A model generated the notes under the pieces. That model had not been told where the DNA came from, made no database searches, and saw nothing but the letters and a program-made list of their open reading frames with translations. A stretch of 21,977 nucleotides of DNA from a virus: UHGV virus genome UHGV-0256468. One strand, 5' to 3'. Of the stretch, positions 8,866 through 17,538 are shown one piece after another; the first letter of the stretch is position 1, and the number at the start of each line of letters is the position of its first letter. A program made the position numbers and the translations under genes.

Positions 8866-9374
8866 CAGATTTGACTCACGATGCAGCGCGGCTTGTCCTG
8901 GATACGCGCCACCGCCCAGCGCATATCCCGCCACAGTTCATCAATGGTGCTGTCAATGCTGTCGGCCTTCTTGTCGCCTTTTGCACTGGCATCCACGCCG
9001 CGGTAACGCTCATAAAGCGACGCGGTCGCCATCGCACACACGGCGCGCTCGTAGTAAAAAACTTTGATGCTTTCACCGTCGATGTCGTCCGCCGGGACGT
9101 CCGCCAGACGCGTAAAACCGGCGGCAATTTTCTGTTCGCGGTACTCGTACAGCTCCGCATTCGTCTCCGCCATGCCTGACTTGATGGCCTCACGCAGACG
9201 GGCGGGGGCGACGGTCTGCTCAAGGCGCATACGTTCCCGGACGCGCTTCGGGTCGATATCGGGAAAAAAGAACGTGTTTTTAATCACCGGCTCGTCGACT
9301 GCCGGTTGCGGGATGACCACCGTACCCTCACCGGACACGGGAGCCTCCTTTCGCGGAATAATCAGCGTCATCAT
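8865..9374 (-). CDS. L: Head completion/stabilisation protein (P2 gpL-like)
   Basis: Start at the MMTLIIPRKEAP methionine gives 169 aa, the same length as P2 L. It lies between M and X. Confidence 0.85.
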   Translation of the reverse strand: MMTLIIPRKEAPVSGEGTVVIPQPAVDEPVIKNTFFFPDIDPKRVRERMRLEQTVAPARLREAIKSGMAETNAELYEYREQKIAAGFTRLADVPADDIDGESIKVFYYERAVCAMATASLYERYRGVDASAKGDKKADSIDSTIDELWRDMRWAVARIQDKPRCIVSQI

Positions 9375-9473
9375 GACTACCTCTGAAAAGTCGGGCGGTG
9401 GACGCCGGTGCAGTGTCAGGTGATTCACCCTCACTGACCGGCGTGCCGCCCTGGCGCGGGGCGCATTCGGTTG

Positions 9474-10217
9474 TTAACTGGCTTTCTTTTTCGGGCGTCC
9501 ACGTTTTGCCGGTGTCACGCTCCGGGTCTTACGCGGGGCGCGGGTGGCCGCTTTGGGCTGCGGCTCCGGCTTCGGTTTCAGCTCCCGCTCCAGTCGTTCA
9601 ATCTCTTTTTTGACGCCTGCCTGACAGTCGAGCTGTGTCGCACGTTGCAGGTGAGCCAGCGCACCGGCGGCATCACCAGCGTCACGCAGAAACAGACCGG
9701 TGATTTTGTGCAGCTTTGCGCGCACTTCATCAGGCATGTCTGCCGTGGCGGTCAGTGCAAGGGTCTCCGTCAGCAGGCGGGTATCCACAGACTCACCGGC
9801 AGCGTGGGCGCGCATGGCCGCGAGCGCCACCTCCTCGGTGAACATATACGGCGGGGTGCGGCGGTGTTTACCCGGCATGGTCAGACCGTACTTCAGGGCA
9901 TAACGGGCAATCTCCAGCGCACCGGCAATATCGCCGGTATCCAGACGCCACAGCATGACCGTCATCAGAATGTCATCCTGTGCACCTTTGCCCTGCTCCA
10001 GCACGCCGTTCACCCACGGCAACCAGAACGGCAGCAGTTCGCGTTTTTTCGCGGCCTTCAGCTCTTTTGAATAAATCGCTTTCAGTGTGCGCTGGTCTGC
10101 GGCCAGCTTGACCAGCATCTGCTCATAGACAGTTGCATGTCGCAGCGGGGCGGCGTCCCGCTGCGCGGTCATCGCTGCCGAGACCCGCATCATGTGGCGC
10201 TGTGCGGGACTCGTCAT
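9474..10217 (-). CDS. M: Terminase small (endonuclease) subunit (P2 gpM-like)
   Basis: 247-aa ORF with a basic C-terminal tail (KRGRPKKK). Same length as P2 M and located between N and L. Confidence 0.85.
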   Translation of the reverse strand: MTSPAQRHMMRVSAAMTAQRDAAPLRHATVYEQMLVKLAADQRTLKAIYSKELKAAKKRELLPFWLPWVNGVLEQGKGAQDDILMTVMLWRLDTGDIAGALEIARYALKYGLTMPGKHRRTPPYMFTEEVALAAMRAHAAGESVDTRLLTETLALTATADMPDEVRAKLHKITGLFLRDAGDAAGALAHLQRATQLDCQAGVKKEIERLERELKPKPEPQPKAATRAPRKTRSVTPAKRGRPKKKAS

Positions 10218-10220
10218 CGG

Positions 10221-11294
10221 TTACGCTCCCGGCTCTGCGGTCACTTTAGTCGGTGTGGAGAAGTCACCGACCTTAATTTTTTCCACCAGACAACCGGCGG
10301 CGTAGTCTTCCACCACGTAATCAATGTTCATTGACTCGTAGTTCTCCACGCGGTCGAGTTTCGGGTTTTCCACAATCACGCGGCGATGGCTGTCATCCAT
10401 GTAGTAGATGGACAGGTTTTCCAGCTTTGTGATGAGCATCGCATCCGCCGGGAAGTACGGGACGCGTACCGCCGGCAGGTTACCGATGCGTTTCTGGCTG
10501 ATGATGACGTCAGCGGCCAGCATTTCGCTGTTGTCCTGCTCCTTGTTGACGATGGGAAAATACTTGTCCGCCAGTAGCTGACGTCCCACAATCACCACAA
10601 GGTCAGGGTCTTCCTGATACCACGGCTCAATCAGGTTGTTGGTCGCATCCATCACCAGTGCGTCAAGGCTGGCATAATCACCGCCCTTACCCACGCGGAT
10701 AACCTCAGAGGTGGTGTGCCCTTCCTCGTCAGTGACCTTGCTCATCACGCGCGCCGGGGCTTCATTGCGGTATTTCTGCAGCCAGCCGACCGCCACATCC
10801 TGCAGCATCGGATTGCTGCTGCGGTCAGAGGTTTCGGCACGTCTCACGCCATTAAAACCGGCCATGATTAAATCAAGGGACTGGCGTTTGATAATGGCGT
10901 TACGGACACGGAGCTGGAAATCCTGATAACGCGCCCACAGGTCCAGCGTTTTGTAGCGGATATAAAAATCGAAGTTAATCTGGTCGCATTCGTACTTGTT
11001 TGACGCCAGCTTCGAGAAGTCCTTCGGCTGACGCTCGGTGCCACCGGCGGTGTCGGTGGTGCTGGCGATGGAGCCGGTGACACCGATGCCAATTTTTTCC
11101 CCTTTCATTTCGCTGACCGGCACAATGTTGATGCGGGTCAGAAAGTCAGAGGACTCCTGCATGGTGTTCATCAGGGTCTGGGTGACCGACGGTTCAACGG
11201 TGAATTTTTTCGACACATCACCGGCGTCGATGCCGTTCAGTTCGGCAACACGGGACAGGTAGGCATTAAATTTAAAGCGGGTTTCCTGGCGCAT
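10221..11294 (-). CDS. N: Major capsid protein (P2 gpN-like)
   Basis: 357-aa ORF. Length and synteny match P2 N. Confidence 0.9.
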   Translation of the reverse strand: MRQETRFKFNAYLSRVAELNGIDAGDVSKKFTVEPSVTQTLMNTMQESSDFLTRINIVPVSEMKGEKIGIGVTGSIASTTDTAGGTERQPKDFSKLASNKYECDQINFDFYIRYKTLDLWARYQDFQLRVRNAIIKRQSLDLIMAGFNGVRRAETSDRSSNPMLQDVAVGWLQKYRNEAPARVMSKVTDEEGHTTSEVIRVGKGGDYASLDALVMDATNNLIEPWYQEDPDLVVIVGRQLLADKYFPIVNKEQDNSEMLAADVIISQKRIGNLPAVRVPYFPADAMLITKLENLSIYYMDDSHRRVIVENPKLDRVENYESMNIDYVVEDYAAGCLVEKIKVGDFSTPTKVTAEPGA

Positions 11295-11352
11295 AGTTTT
11301 TCCTGAAATTAAGGGTTAATCGTGAAGGTTTTCCCGGACTGACTGACGCCGG

Positions 11353-12207
11353 TCAGCAGTTCGTCATCAGGGCGTCACCGCCACCACCGGTGGCCTTGCT
11401 GCGGCGCTGCTGGGTCAGACTTTCGGTGTGGTCGAGACTGTTTTTCAGGCGGGTGAATGCCTGGCTGGTTTCATCCGCCCTGTCAGTCACATCCTGCTTA
11501 AGTGCGGAAAAAGCGGTTTCCATCTCAGCGAGGCGCTGCTCAGTGGCGCTCAGTTTTTCCTGCACATGTTCAGCAACAGCGGTCACCGCTTCATGCACGT
11601 CATTCAGACGGGCGTCATCGCTGGCCTGTTTGCGGCCAAAAATGGATTTCACCTTTTCGGTCAGGGCGGTGAACACGGTTTCATGCAGGTCTTCAAATTC
11701 CAGCTCAACAGGCGTTGCCACTGAAATCAGGTTTTCAGGGCTTAATTTGAAGCGGTTCAGGGGGTTGTGTTTTGCCGTGCGGCAGAATTCCAGGTATTCC
11801 GTGCCGAGGCTTGCCGGGTCATCGGTGACGGCCAGACCCACCAGATAACATTTGCCGGTGTTGGCAAAGTTCGGCTGGATTTCCATTGAGGTATAGACCT
11901 TCTGCGCGGCCTTGTTCATCGCGATAAGGTCATCGGTCGGGGTGATTTTCGCAAACAGCGCCCATTTGCCTTTCAGCGCCGAATCATCGTCAATCTTTTC
12001 GGCCTTCAGTTCGGCCACATCGCCATAACGCTTAAAAATACCGTCAGGCAGGATGCCGCGCAGATGTTCCAGGTTAATGCGGCAACCATAGACTCGCGGG
12101 TCAAAGGTTTCGGCCATTTCCTGAATATCCTGCGCACTGATGACACGCCCGTCACAGGTGTCACCCTCAACGCCGATACGAAAGAATTTTGAGACTTTTT
12201 TTGCCAT
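11353..12207 (-). CDS. O: Capsid scaffolding protein (P2 gpO-like)
   Basis: Start at the MAKKVSKFFRIGVEG methionine gives 284 aa, the same length as P2 O. The protein has an acidic, coiled-coil-like C-terminus. Confidence 0.88.
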   Translation of the reverse strand: MAKKVSKFFRIGVEGDTCDGRVISAQDIQEMAETFDPRVYGCRINLEHLRGILPDGIFKRYGDVAELKAEKIDDDSALKGKWALFAKITPTDDLIAMNKAAQKVYTSMEIQPNFANTGKCYLVGLAVTDDPASLGTEYLEFCRTAKHNPLNRFKLSPENLISVATPVELEFEDLHETVFTALTEKVKSIFGRKQASDDARLNDVHEAVTAVAEHVQEKLSATEQRLAEMETAFSALKQDVTDRADETSQAFTRLKNSLDHTESLTQQRRSKATGGGGDALMTNC

Positions 12208-12380
12208 TGTCAGGAGTCCTGAATAGTGATTAGAAGAGTCACATGTCGGCATCAGTTTCCCGACGATGCGCATCCTCCGCCATCAGTCCCGGATGGCTTA
12301 TCACTGACACAACAGCACCTTAGCGAATCGCGGGGCGCGACTCAGTAGCCTTGCCGTGTATTCATCACGGCGAGGTATTC
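12208..12380. promoter_or_regulatory. Divergent late-promoter region between O (minus strand) and P (plus strand)
   Basis: 173-bp non-coding interval between divergently transcribed capsid and terminase operons. It contains the inverted repeats GTGA-N9-TCAC (about 12226..12242) and GCCGTG-TATTCAT-CACGGC (about 12352..12370), the latter just upstream of a GAGG ribosome-binding site for P. Exact Ogr-type promoter elements are not mapped. Confidence 0.5.
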
Positions 12381-14153
12381 ATGACCATCACCACAGACAC
12401 CACTCTTTTACACGACCCGCGTCGTCAGGCGGCGCTGCTGTACTGGCAGGGATTTTCCGTGCCGCAGATTGCCGCCATGTTGCAGATGAAACGCCCGACG
12501 GTGCAGAGCTGGAAACAGCGCGACGGCTGGGACAGCGTTGCCCCCATCAGCCGTGTCGAAATGAGTCTGGAAGCGCGGCTGACCCAGCTCATCATCAAAC
12601 CGCAGAAAACCGGCGGTGACTTCAAGGAAATTGACCTGCTCGGACGCCAGATTGAACGACTGGCACGGGTAAACCGCTACAGCCAGACCGGCAACGAGGC
12701 AGACCTTAATCCGAACATCGCTAACCGCAACAAAGGCGGGCGGCGCAAACCGAAAAAGAATTTTTTCAGTGACGAGGCTATCGAAAAGCTGGAGCAGATT
12801 TTCTTTGAGCAGTCTTTCGAATATCAGTTGCACTGGTATCGCGCCGGGCTTGAGCACCGCATCCGCGATATCCTGAAATCCCGCCAGATTGGCGCGACGT
12901 TTTATTTTTCCCGCGAGGCGCTGCTGCGCGCCCTGAAAACCGGTCATAACCAGATTTTTCTGTCGGCCAGTAAAACGCAGGCGTATGTGTTCCGCGAATA
13001 CATCATCGCCTTTGCCCGGCTGGTTGACGTTGACCTGACCGGTGACCCGATTGTCCTGGGCAATAACGGCGCAAAACTGATTTTTCTCGGCACCAACTCC
13101 AACACCGCGCAGAGCCATAACGGCGACCTGTACGTCGACGAGATTTTCTGGATACCGAATTTTCAGGTACTGCGTAAGGTGGCATCAGGTATGGCCTCAC
13201 AGAGTCACCTGCGCTCGACCTATTTCTCCACCCCGTCCACGCTGGCGCACGACGCCTACCCGTTCTGGTCGGGTGAACTGTTCAACCGGGGACGCGCCAG
13301 CGCCGCCGAACGCGTGGAAATCGACGTCAGTCATAACGCTCTTGCCGGTGGGCTTCTCTGTGCGGACGGTCAGTGGCGGCAGATTGTCACCATTGAGGAC
13401 GCCCTGAAAGGTGGCTGCACGCTGTTCGACATTGAGCAGCTTAAACGCGAAAACAGCGCCGACGATTTTAAAAACCTGTTCATGTGTGAATTTGTTGACG
13501 ACAAGGCGTCGGTGTTCCCGTTCGAGGAGCTGCAACGCTGCATGGTCGACACGCTGGAAGAATGGGAAGACTATGCGCCGTTTGCCGCGAATCCGTTCGG
13601 CTCCCGCCCGGTCTGGATTGGTTACGACCCGTCACACCGTGGCGACAGTGCCGGATGCGTGGTGCTGGCACCGCCGGTGGTGGCCGGTGGCAAATTCAGA
13701 ATACTTGAGCGTCACCAGTGGAAAGGCATGGACTTTGCCACCCAGGCTGAATCCATCCGCAAACTCACCGAAAAATACAACGTCGAATACATCGGAATTG
13801 ATGCCACCGGCCTCGGTGTCGGCGTGTTCCAGCTCGTTCGCTCGTTCTATCCCGCCGCACGCGATATCCGCTACACGCCGGAAATGAAAACCGCAATGGT
13901 GCTCAAGGCAAAAGACGTTATTCGCCGTGGCTGTCTGGAATATGACGTCAGCGCCACCGACATCACCAGCTCGTTTATGGCTATCCGCAAGACCATGACC
14001 AGCAGCGGACGCAGCGCCACGTATGAGGCCAGCCGCAGCGAGGAAGCCAGCCACGCCGACCTCGCCTGGGCGACCATGCACGCCCTGTTAAATGAGCCAC
14101 TCACCGCCGGTATCAGCACCCCGCTGACATCCACCATTCTGGAGTTTTACTGA
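12381..14153 (+). CDS. P: Terminase large (ATPase) subunit (P2 gpP-like)
   Basis: Start at the MTITTDTTLLHD methionine gives 590 aa, the same length as P2 P. A GAGG ribosome-binding site lies 6 nt upstream. Confidence 0.9.
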   Translation: MTITTDTTLLHDPRRQAALLYWQGFSVPQIAAMLQMKRPTVQSWKQRDGWDSVAPISRVEMSLEARLTQLIIKPQKTGGDFKEIDLLGRQIERLARVNRYSQTGNEADLNPNIANRNKGGRRKPKKNFFSDEAIEKLEQIFFEQSFEYQLHWYRAGLEHRIRDILKSRQIGATFYFSREALLRALKTGHNQIFLSASKTQAYVFREYIIAFARLVDVDLTGDPIVLGNNGAKLIFLGTNSNTAQSHNGDLYVDEIFWIPNFQVLRKVASGMASQSHLRSTYFSTPSTLAHDAYPFWSGELFNRGRASAAERVEIDVSHNALAGGLLCADGQWRQIVTIEDALKGGCTLFDIEQLKRENSADDFKNLFMCEFVDDKASVFPFEELQRCMVDTLEEWEDYAPFAANPFGSRPVWIGYDPSHRGDSAGCVVLAPPVVAGGKFRILERHQWKGMDFATQAESIRKLTEKYNVEYIGIDATGLGVGVFQLVRSFYPAARDIRYTPEMKTAMVLKAKDVIRRGCLEYDVSATDITSSFMAIRKTMTSSGRSATYEASRSEEASHADLAWATMHALLNEPLTAGISTPLTSTILEFY

Positions 14154-15187
14154 TGAGCAAGAAAAAAGGGAAAACACCGCAACCTGCGGCAAAAAAAATG
14201 ACCGCCAGCGCCCCGAAAATGGAGGCATTCACCTTTGGTGAGCCGGTGCCGGTGCTCGACCGCCGTGACATTCTGGATTACGTCGAATGTATCAGTAACG
14301 GCAGATGGTATGAGCCGCCGGTCAGCTTTACCGGTCTGGCAAAAAGCCTGCGTGCTGCCGTGCATCACAGCTCACCGATTTACGTCAAACGCAATATTCT
14401 GGCTTCAACGTTTATTCCGCATCCGTGGCTTTCCCAGCAGGATTTCAGCCGCTTTGTGCTGGATTTTCTGGTGTTCGGCAATGCGTTTCTGGAAAAGCGT
14501 TACAGCACCACCGGTAAGGTCATCAGACTGGAAACCTCACCGGCAAAATATACCCGCCGTGGCGTGGAGGAGGATGTTTACTGGTGGGTGCCGTCCTTCA
14601 ACGAGCCGACAGCCTTCACGCCCGGCTCCGTGTTTCACCTGCTGGAGCCGGATATTAATCAGGAGCTGTACGGCCTGCCGGAATATCTCAGCGCCCTTAA
14701 CTCTGCCTGGCTGAATGAGTCGGCCACGCTGTTCCGCCGCAAGTATTACGAAAACGGCGCTCATGCCGGATACATCATGTACGTCACCGATGCCGTGCAG
14801 GATCGCAACGATATCGAAATGCTTCGCGAAAACATGGTTAAGTCGAAAGGCCGCAATAACTTTAAAAATCTGTTTCTCTATGCCCCGCAGGGGAAAGCCG
14901 ACGGCATTAAAATTATCCCCCTCAGTGAAGTGGCGACGAAGGACGATTTTTTTAATATCAAAAAAGCCAGCGCCGCAGACCTGCTGGACGCGCACCGCAT
15001 CCCCTTTCAGTTGATGGGCGGCAAGCCGGAGAACGTCGGGTCGCTGGGTGATATTGAGAAAGTGGCAAAGGTCTTTGTCCGCAATGAGCTTATCCCGCTA
15101 CAGGACAGGATCCGCGAGATAAACGGCTGGCTCGGTCAGGAGGTCATCCGCTTTAAAAACTACTCACTGGACACTGACAACGGCTGA
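14153..15187 (+). CDS. Q: Portal protein (P2 gpQ-like)
   Basis: 344-aa ORF, same length as P2 Q. Its ATG overlaps the P stop codon (TGATG). Confidence 0.9.
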   Translation: MSKKKGKTPQPAAKKMTASAPKMEAFTFGEPVPVLDRRDILDYVECISNGRWYEPPVSFTGLAKSLRAAVHHSSPIYVKRNILASTFIPHPWLSQQDFSRFVLDFLVFGNAFLEKRYSTTGKVIRLETSPAKYTRRGVEEDVYWWVPSFNEPTAFTPGSVFHLLEPDINQELYGLPEYLSALNSAWLNESATLFRRKYYENGAHAGYIMYVTDAVQDRNDIEMLRENMVKSKGRNNFKNLFLYAPQGKADGIKIIPLSEVATKDDFFNIKKASAADLLDAHRIPFQLMGGKPENVGSLGDIEKVAKVFVRNELIPLQDRIREINGWLGQEVIRFKNYSLDTDNG

Positions 15188-15192
15188 ACATC

Positions 15193-15214
15193 GCCGCCTG
15201 CGGGCGGCTTTTTT
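15193..15214 (+). terminator. Rho-independent terminator of the P-Q operon
   Basis: GCCGCC-TGCG-GGCGGC stem-loop followed by TTTTTT, beginning 6 nt after the Q stop codon. Confidence 0.7.
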
Positions 15215-15349
15215 ACAACCCGTCATCACGGCCTCACACGCTCACCACCGCACAAAACACCCCGCAGACACACCAACGCCCCGGCAGGCCGACTAAATGC
15301 CATCACGACGCGCTCAGACGCAAAAAAACTGTCACTACCACGCCGTTAC

Positions 15350-15374
15350 GTTGGCCACATAAAATGTGGCCAAC
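15350..15374 (-). terminator. Stem-loop at the 3' end of the cargo gene (GTTGGCCACA-TAAAA-TGTGGCCAAC)
   Basis: Perfect 10-bp inverted repeat starting 6 nt downstream of the cargo gene stop codon. There is no immediate U-tract (a T-run follows about 25 nt later), so it may be a terminator or a stabilising hairpin. Confidence 0.4.
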
Positions 15375-15379
15375 TCCAG

Positions 15380-16381
15380 TTATAATAATTTGTCCAGCCT
15401 AGCTGAAACAATACCTAGAACAACTGTTGAAACTATATTTAACACCACTCTTAAAATACTCTTCTTTCGCTTCTTACTATATTCATCATACAACCTCTCA
15501 TCACCCTTATTTAATACAATGTACGATGCTGGAGTATAACCATCAATTAATCTCTCTAGGCCTTCACCTAAATGCTCCGCTAACAATGGGATAATAGAAA
15601 ACGCACCAAGAAAGAGCATTAAAAATTTTACTAACCTTTCTTTATCACCAATATCAATATATTCACCAACATTGTACAGTGCATAACTTAAAATCAATAT
15701 AGAAAAAGAAAACCGCATAATCAGTGGAATTAAATACGATATCCTTTGAGCTTGCTGTATCAATGGTATTTTGTTTGTAACTCTTTGACATCCTTCAACC
15801 CATTCTTTAAATGCTTCGATAAAACCTCTAGCCACTACATAATCAGCATATTCAACAACTATTTCTGCTGAACTGGTGAGCATGAATGCAACAAAACGCC
15901 CCCTAATGAAAGGTGGTGCATCTTCTTCCATTTCTTTCTGCATAGCAATTCTTGATGCTAATTTAACAGTAACTTCATAGTGGTTAGGTAATGATGCCCC
16001 TGTCGATAAAATTGCAAAGTTATATTTTAAAATTACACTAATTGTTGGACTACTTCCCGCACTACTCGACATTGCAAACTTATCAAAAGAGGTAAACTGT
16101 TCCTTTCTATCTTTTGAATGTAAAATAGTTACCGTTTCATTTTTCGATATAATATTATGAACATCACACAATTGATTTATTTTTTGATGAACGCTTCTTA
16201 TCTCATCGATATTTATAAGTAAATTCTCAGAGGTTCTCTGCCTTATTGTTTCTGTTGTTCCCGTTATATGTTGATAAATTTGCTGATAAATACGAATGCT
16301 AGTATTAATATCCCGAGAAGCAGGTAACCCACTATTAACCCCATTATTTTTTTCATTTGACTCATCAATTATAATACTCAT
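15380..16381 (-). CDS. Hypothetical 333-aa protein with an N-terminal soluble domain of about 210 aa and three predicted C-terminal transmembrane helices; candidate anti-phage cargo
   Basis: Long ORF in a conspicuously AT-rich block embedded in GC-rich phage DNA, between portal gene Q and the cos site. Hydrophobic segments lie at about residues 214-236, 251-267 and 308-327. It has its own AT-rich upstream region and a downstream hairpin. I do not recognise the protein. Confidence 0.75.
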   Translation of the reverse strand: MSIIIDESNEKNNGVNSGLPASRDINTSIRIYQQIYQHITGTTETIRQRTSENLLINIDEIRSVHQKINQLCDVHNIISKNETVTILHSKDRKEQFTSFDKFAMSSSAGSSPTISVILKYNFAILSTGASLPNHYEVTVKLASRIAMQKEMEEDAPPFIRGRFVAFMLTSSAEIVVEYADYVVARGFIEAFKEWVEGCQRVTNKIPLIQQAQRISYLIPLIMRFSFSILILSYALYNVGEYIDIGDKERLVKFLMLFLGAFSIIPLLAEHLGEGLERLIDGYTPASYIVLNKGDERLYDEYSKKRKKSILRVVLNIVSTVVLGIVSARLDKLL

Positions 16382-16625
16382 TTTATTTCCTATAAAAACT
16401 TAACCAGCAAATTAAATAAAAAGAACACAAGGTTATTATTTAGCGTGCAACAACACGATTGCACAACCAAATGCCACGTGTACGAATCTAACCATTCTCT
16501 TATATTAAATCAAGTCAATACAACCTAATAGACACATTTTTATCGCAGTTATACACTTGGTTAACAATATGCGGATAGTTACTCAAATCAAATTACATAT
16601 ATGACAAAATGAACAATTGCGCGCA

Positions 16626-16644
16626 GTGCTTTCCCCGCCTCGCC
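16626..16644. other. cos: cos site (19-nt cohesive end)
   Basis: GTGCTTTCCCCGCCTCGCC on the plus strand. Its reverse complement, GGCGAGGCGGGGAAAGCAC, is the P2 cohesive-end sequence as I recall it, and it lies in the expected A-to-Q interval. Confidence 0.8.
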
Positions 16645-17044
16645 CGCCCGCTTCACAGGGCGGTTTTAATGCAGTTGCATAGATACTATGGATCCGCACC
16701 AGTCCTGACCGCACGCAGCCTGAACGGACATCCCCAACGCATGCAAAAACATTCACTTGTTGCATGCATAGCTTTTTAAGTACGCCATACCGCAACTGTA
16801 CATTTTTAAGCAATTGGCAACTTTAAAAAATTTACATTGCTTTCAAGACCTTATCATCCGTAGTCTCTGTTTTTTACTTTGAGCTACATCAATAAAATCT
16901 CAAACATGTTTAATGCAAAGCCCTTGTTACACAACATAGAATGTATGTCTAGAAACAACGACATACTATATGTTGTGTTTTTCCGGCCCTCTGTTCGGTG
17001 ATATGCCAAATCACTTTGCGTTTAAACAGAGCATTATTTCAGGG

Positions 17045-17059
17045 CAAGACTTCGCTCAA
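17045..17059. repeat. Direct repeat copy 1 (CAAGACTTCGCTCAA)
   Basis: 15-nt perfect match to 17309..17323. The two copies bracket the 37-codon ORF and its terminator. Confidence 0.5.
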
Positions 17060-17122
17060 AAGTCATTCCACCTAAGAAGCGCATATACCGGTGGAAGTTG
17101 CCCTCTACTTACAGGAGGCAAT

Positions 17123-17236
17123 ATGAAGAAATGCTATTACTGCATTCTCGTTCTGGCCCTCTTTGGCTATCCAAACGGTAGTCCAAGTGGTTTGTCAGTA
17201 AACGTCAGTAATATCAATGTCAGCATTATGCTTTAA
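17123..17236 (+). CDS. Small hydrophobic protein, 37 aa (MKKCYYCILVLALFGYPNGSPSGLSVNVSNINVSIML)
   Basis: AGGAGG Shine-Dalgarno sequence 4 nt upstream of the ATG, and a strong terminator 12 nt downstream of the stop. The N-terminal half is hydrophobic. The longer 88-aa form in the ORF track begins at an upstream ATG with no ribosome-binding site. Confidence 0.4.
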   Translation: MKKCYYCILVLALFGYPNGSPSGLSVNVSNINVSIML

Positions 17237-17247
17237 TATGCTTCAAA

Positions 17248-17279
17248 CAAAAAAACCACCTGCCAGGGTGGTTTTTTTG
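17248..17279. terminator. Bidirectional rho-independent terminator
   Basis: A-run, then ACCACCTG / CAGGGTGGT stem, then a 7-T run (AAAAAAACCACCTGCCAGGGTGGTTTTTTTG). Confidence 0.75.
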
Positions 17280-17308
17280 CGCCCATCATCAATACGATGA
17301 AAGACTGA

Positions 17309-17323
17309 CAAGACTTCGCTCAA
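17309..17323. repeat. Direct repeat copy 2 (CAAGACTTCGCTCAA)
   Basis: 15-nt perfect match to 17045..17059. Confidence 0.5.
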
Positions 17324-17431
17324 GACGAATTATGCGTCGACATAAGGTTACCCGCAATGATTTTATTAGTCTAAATGGATGGCCTTTTATGACCCGGATC
17401 AAACGGCTGTCCTTACCGACATGCTAGTCAC

Positions 17432-17469
17432 TCAATAGCATTTAGCCTTCTAATTCAGCATGCTATTGA
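17432..17469. promoter_or_regulatory. 10-bp perfect inverted repeat (TCAATAGCAT-N18-ATGCTATTGA) with a third ATGCTA copy just upstream
   Basis: Read directly from the sequence, about 70-110 nt beyond the 3' end of gene A. It could be a protein-binding site or an RNA structure. Confidence 0.25.
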
Positions 17470-17538
17470 CCTTCTGCTGCCCCATAACTGCTCCGCATAA
17501 GCCATTCAATGCCATATCAAATTACGTTGTGTTTTTAC

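Noticed and set aside
12208-12380. Search for the P2 Ogr-type late-promoter dyad (TGT-N12-ACA) in the O-P and S-V intergenic regions
   Set aside because: I could not find an exact match by eye, only looser dyads (GTGA-N9-TCAC; TGT-N10-ACA near V). The region is annotated generically rather than with invented promoter coordinates.
15380-16381. Possibility that the 333-aa membrane protein is part of the lysis system (holin or antiholin)
   Set aside because: A complete lysis cassette is already present at 6882..8658. This gene is distant from it, far larger than holins, and sits in foreign-composition DNA at a variable locus.
16583-16813. 76-aa minus-strand ORF spanning the cos site
   Set aside because: It runs across the cohesive-end sequence and its hairpin, has no ribosome-binding site, and would be split in the linear virion genome.
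16970-17236. 88-aa form of the small ORF from the six-frame track
   Set aside because: The upstream start has no ribosome-binding site, and the first 50 residues cross one copy of the 15-nt repeat. The internal ATG at 17123 with AGGAGG is the more credible start.
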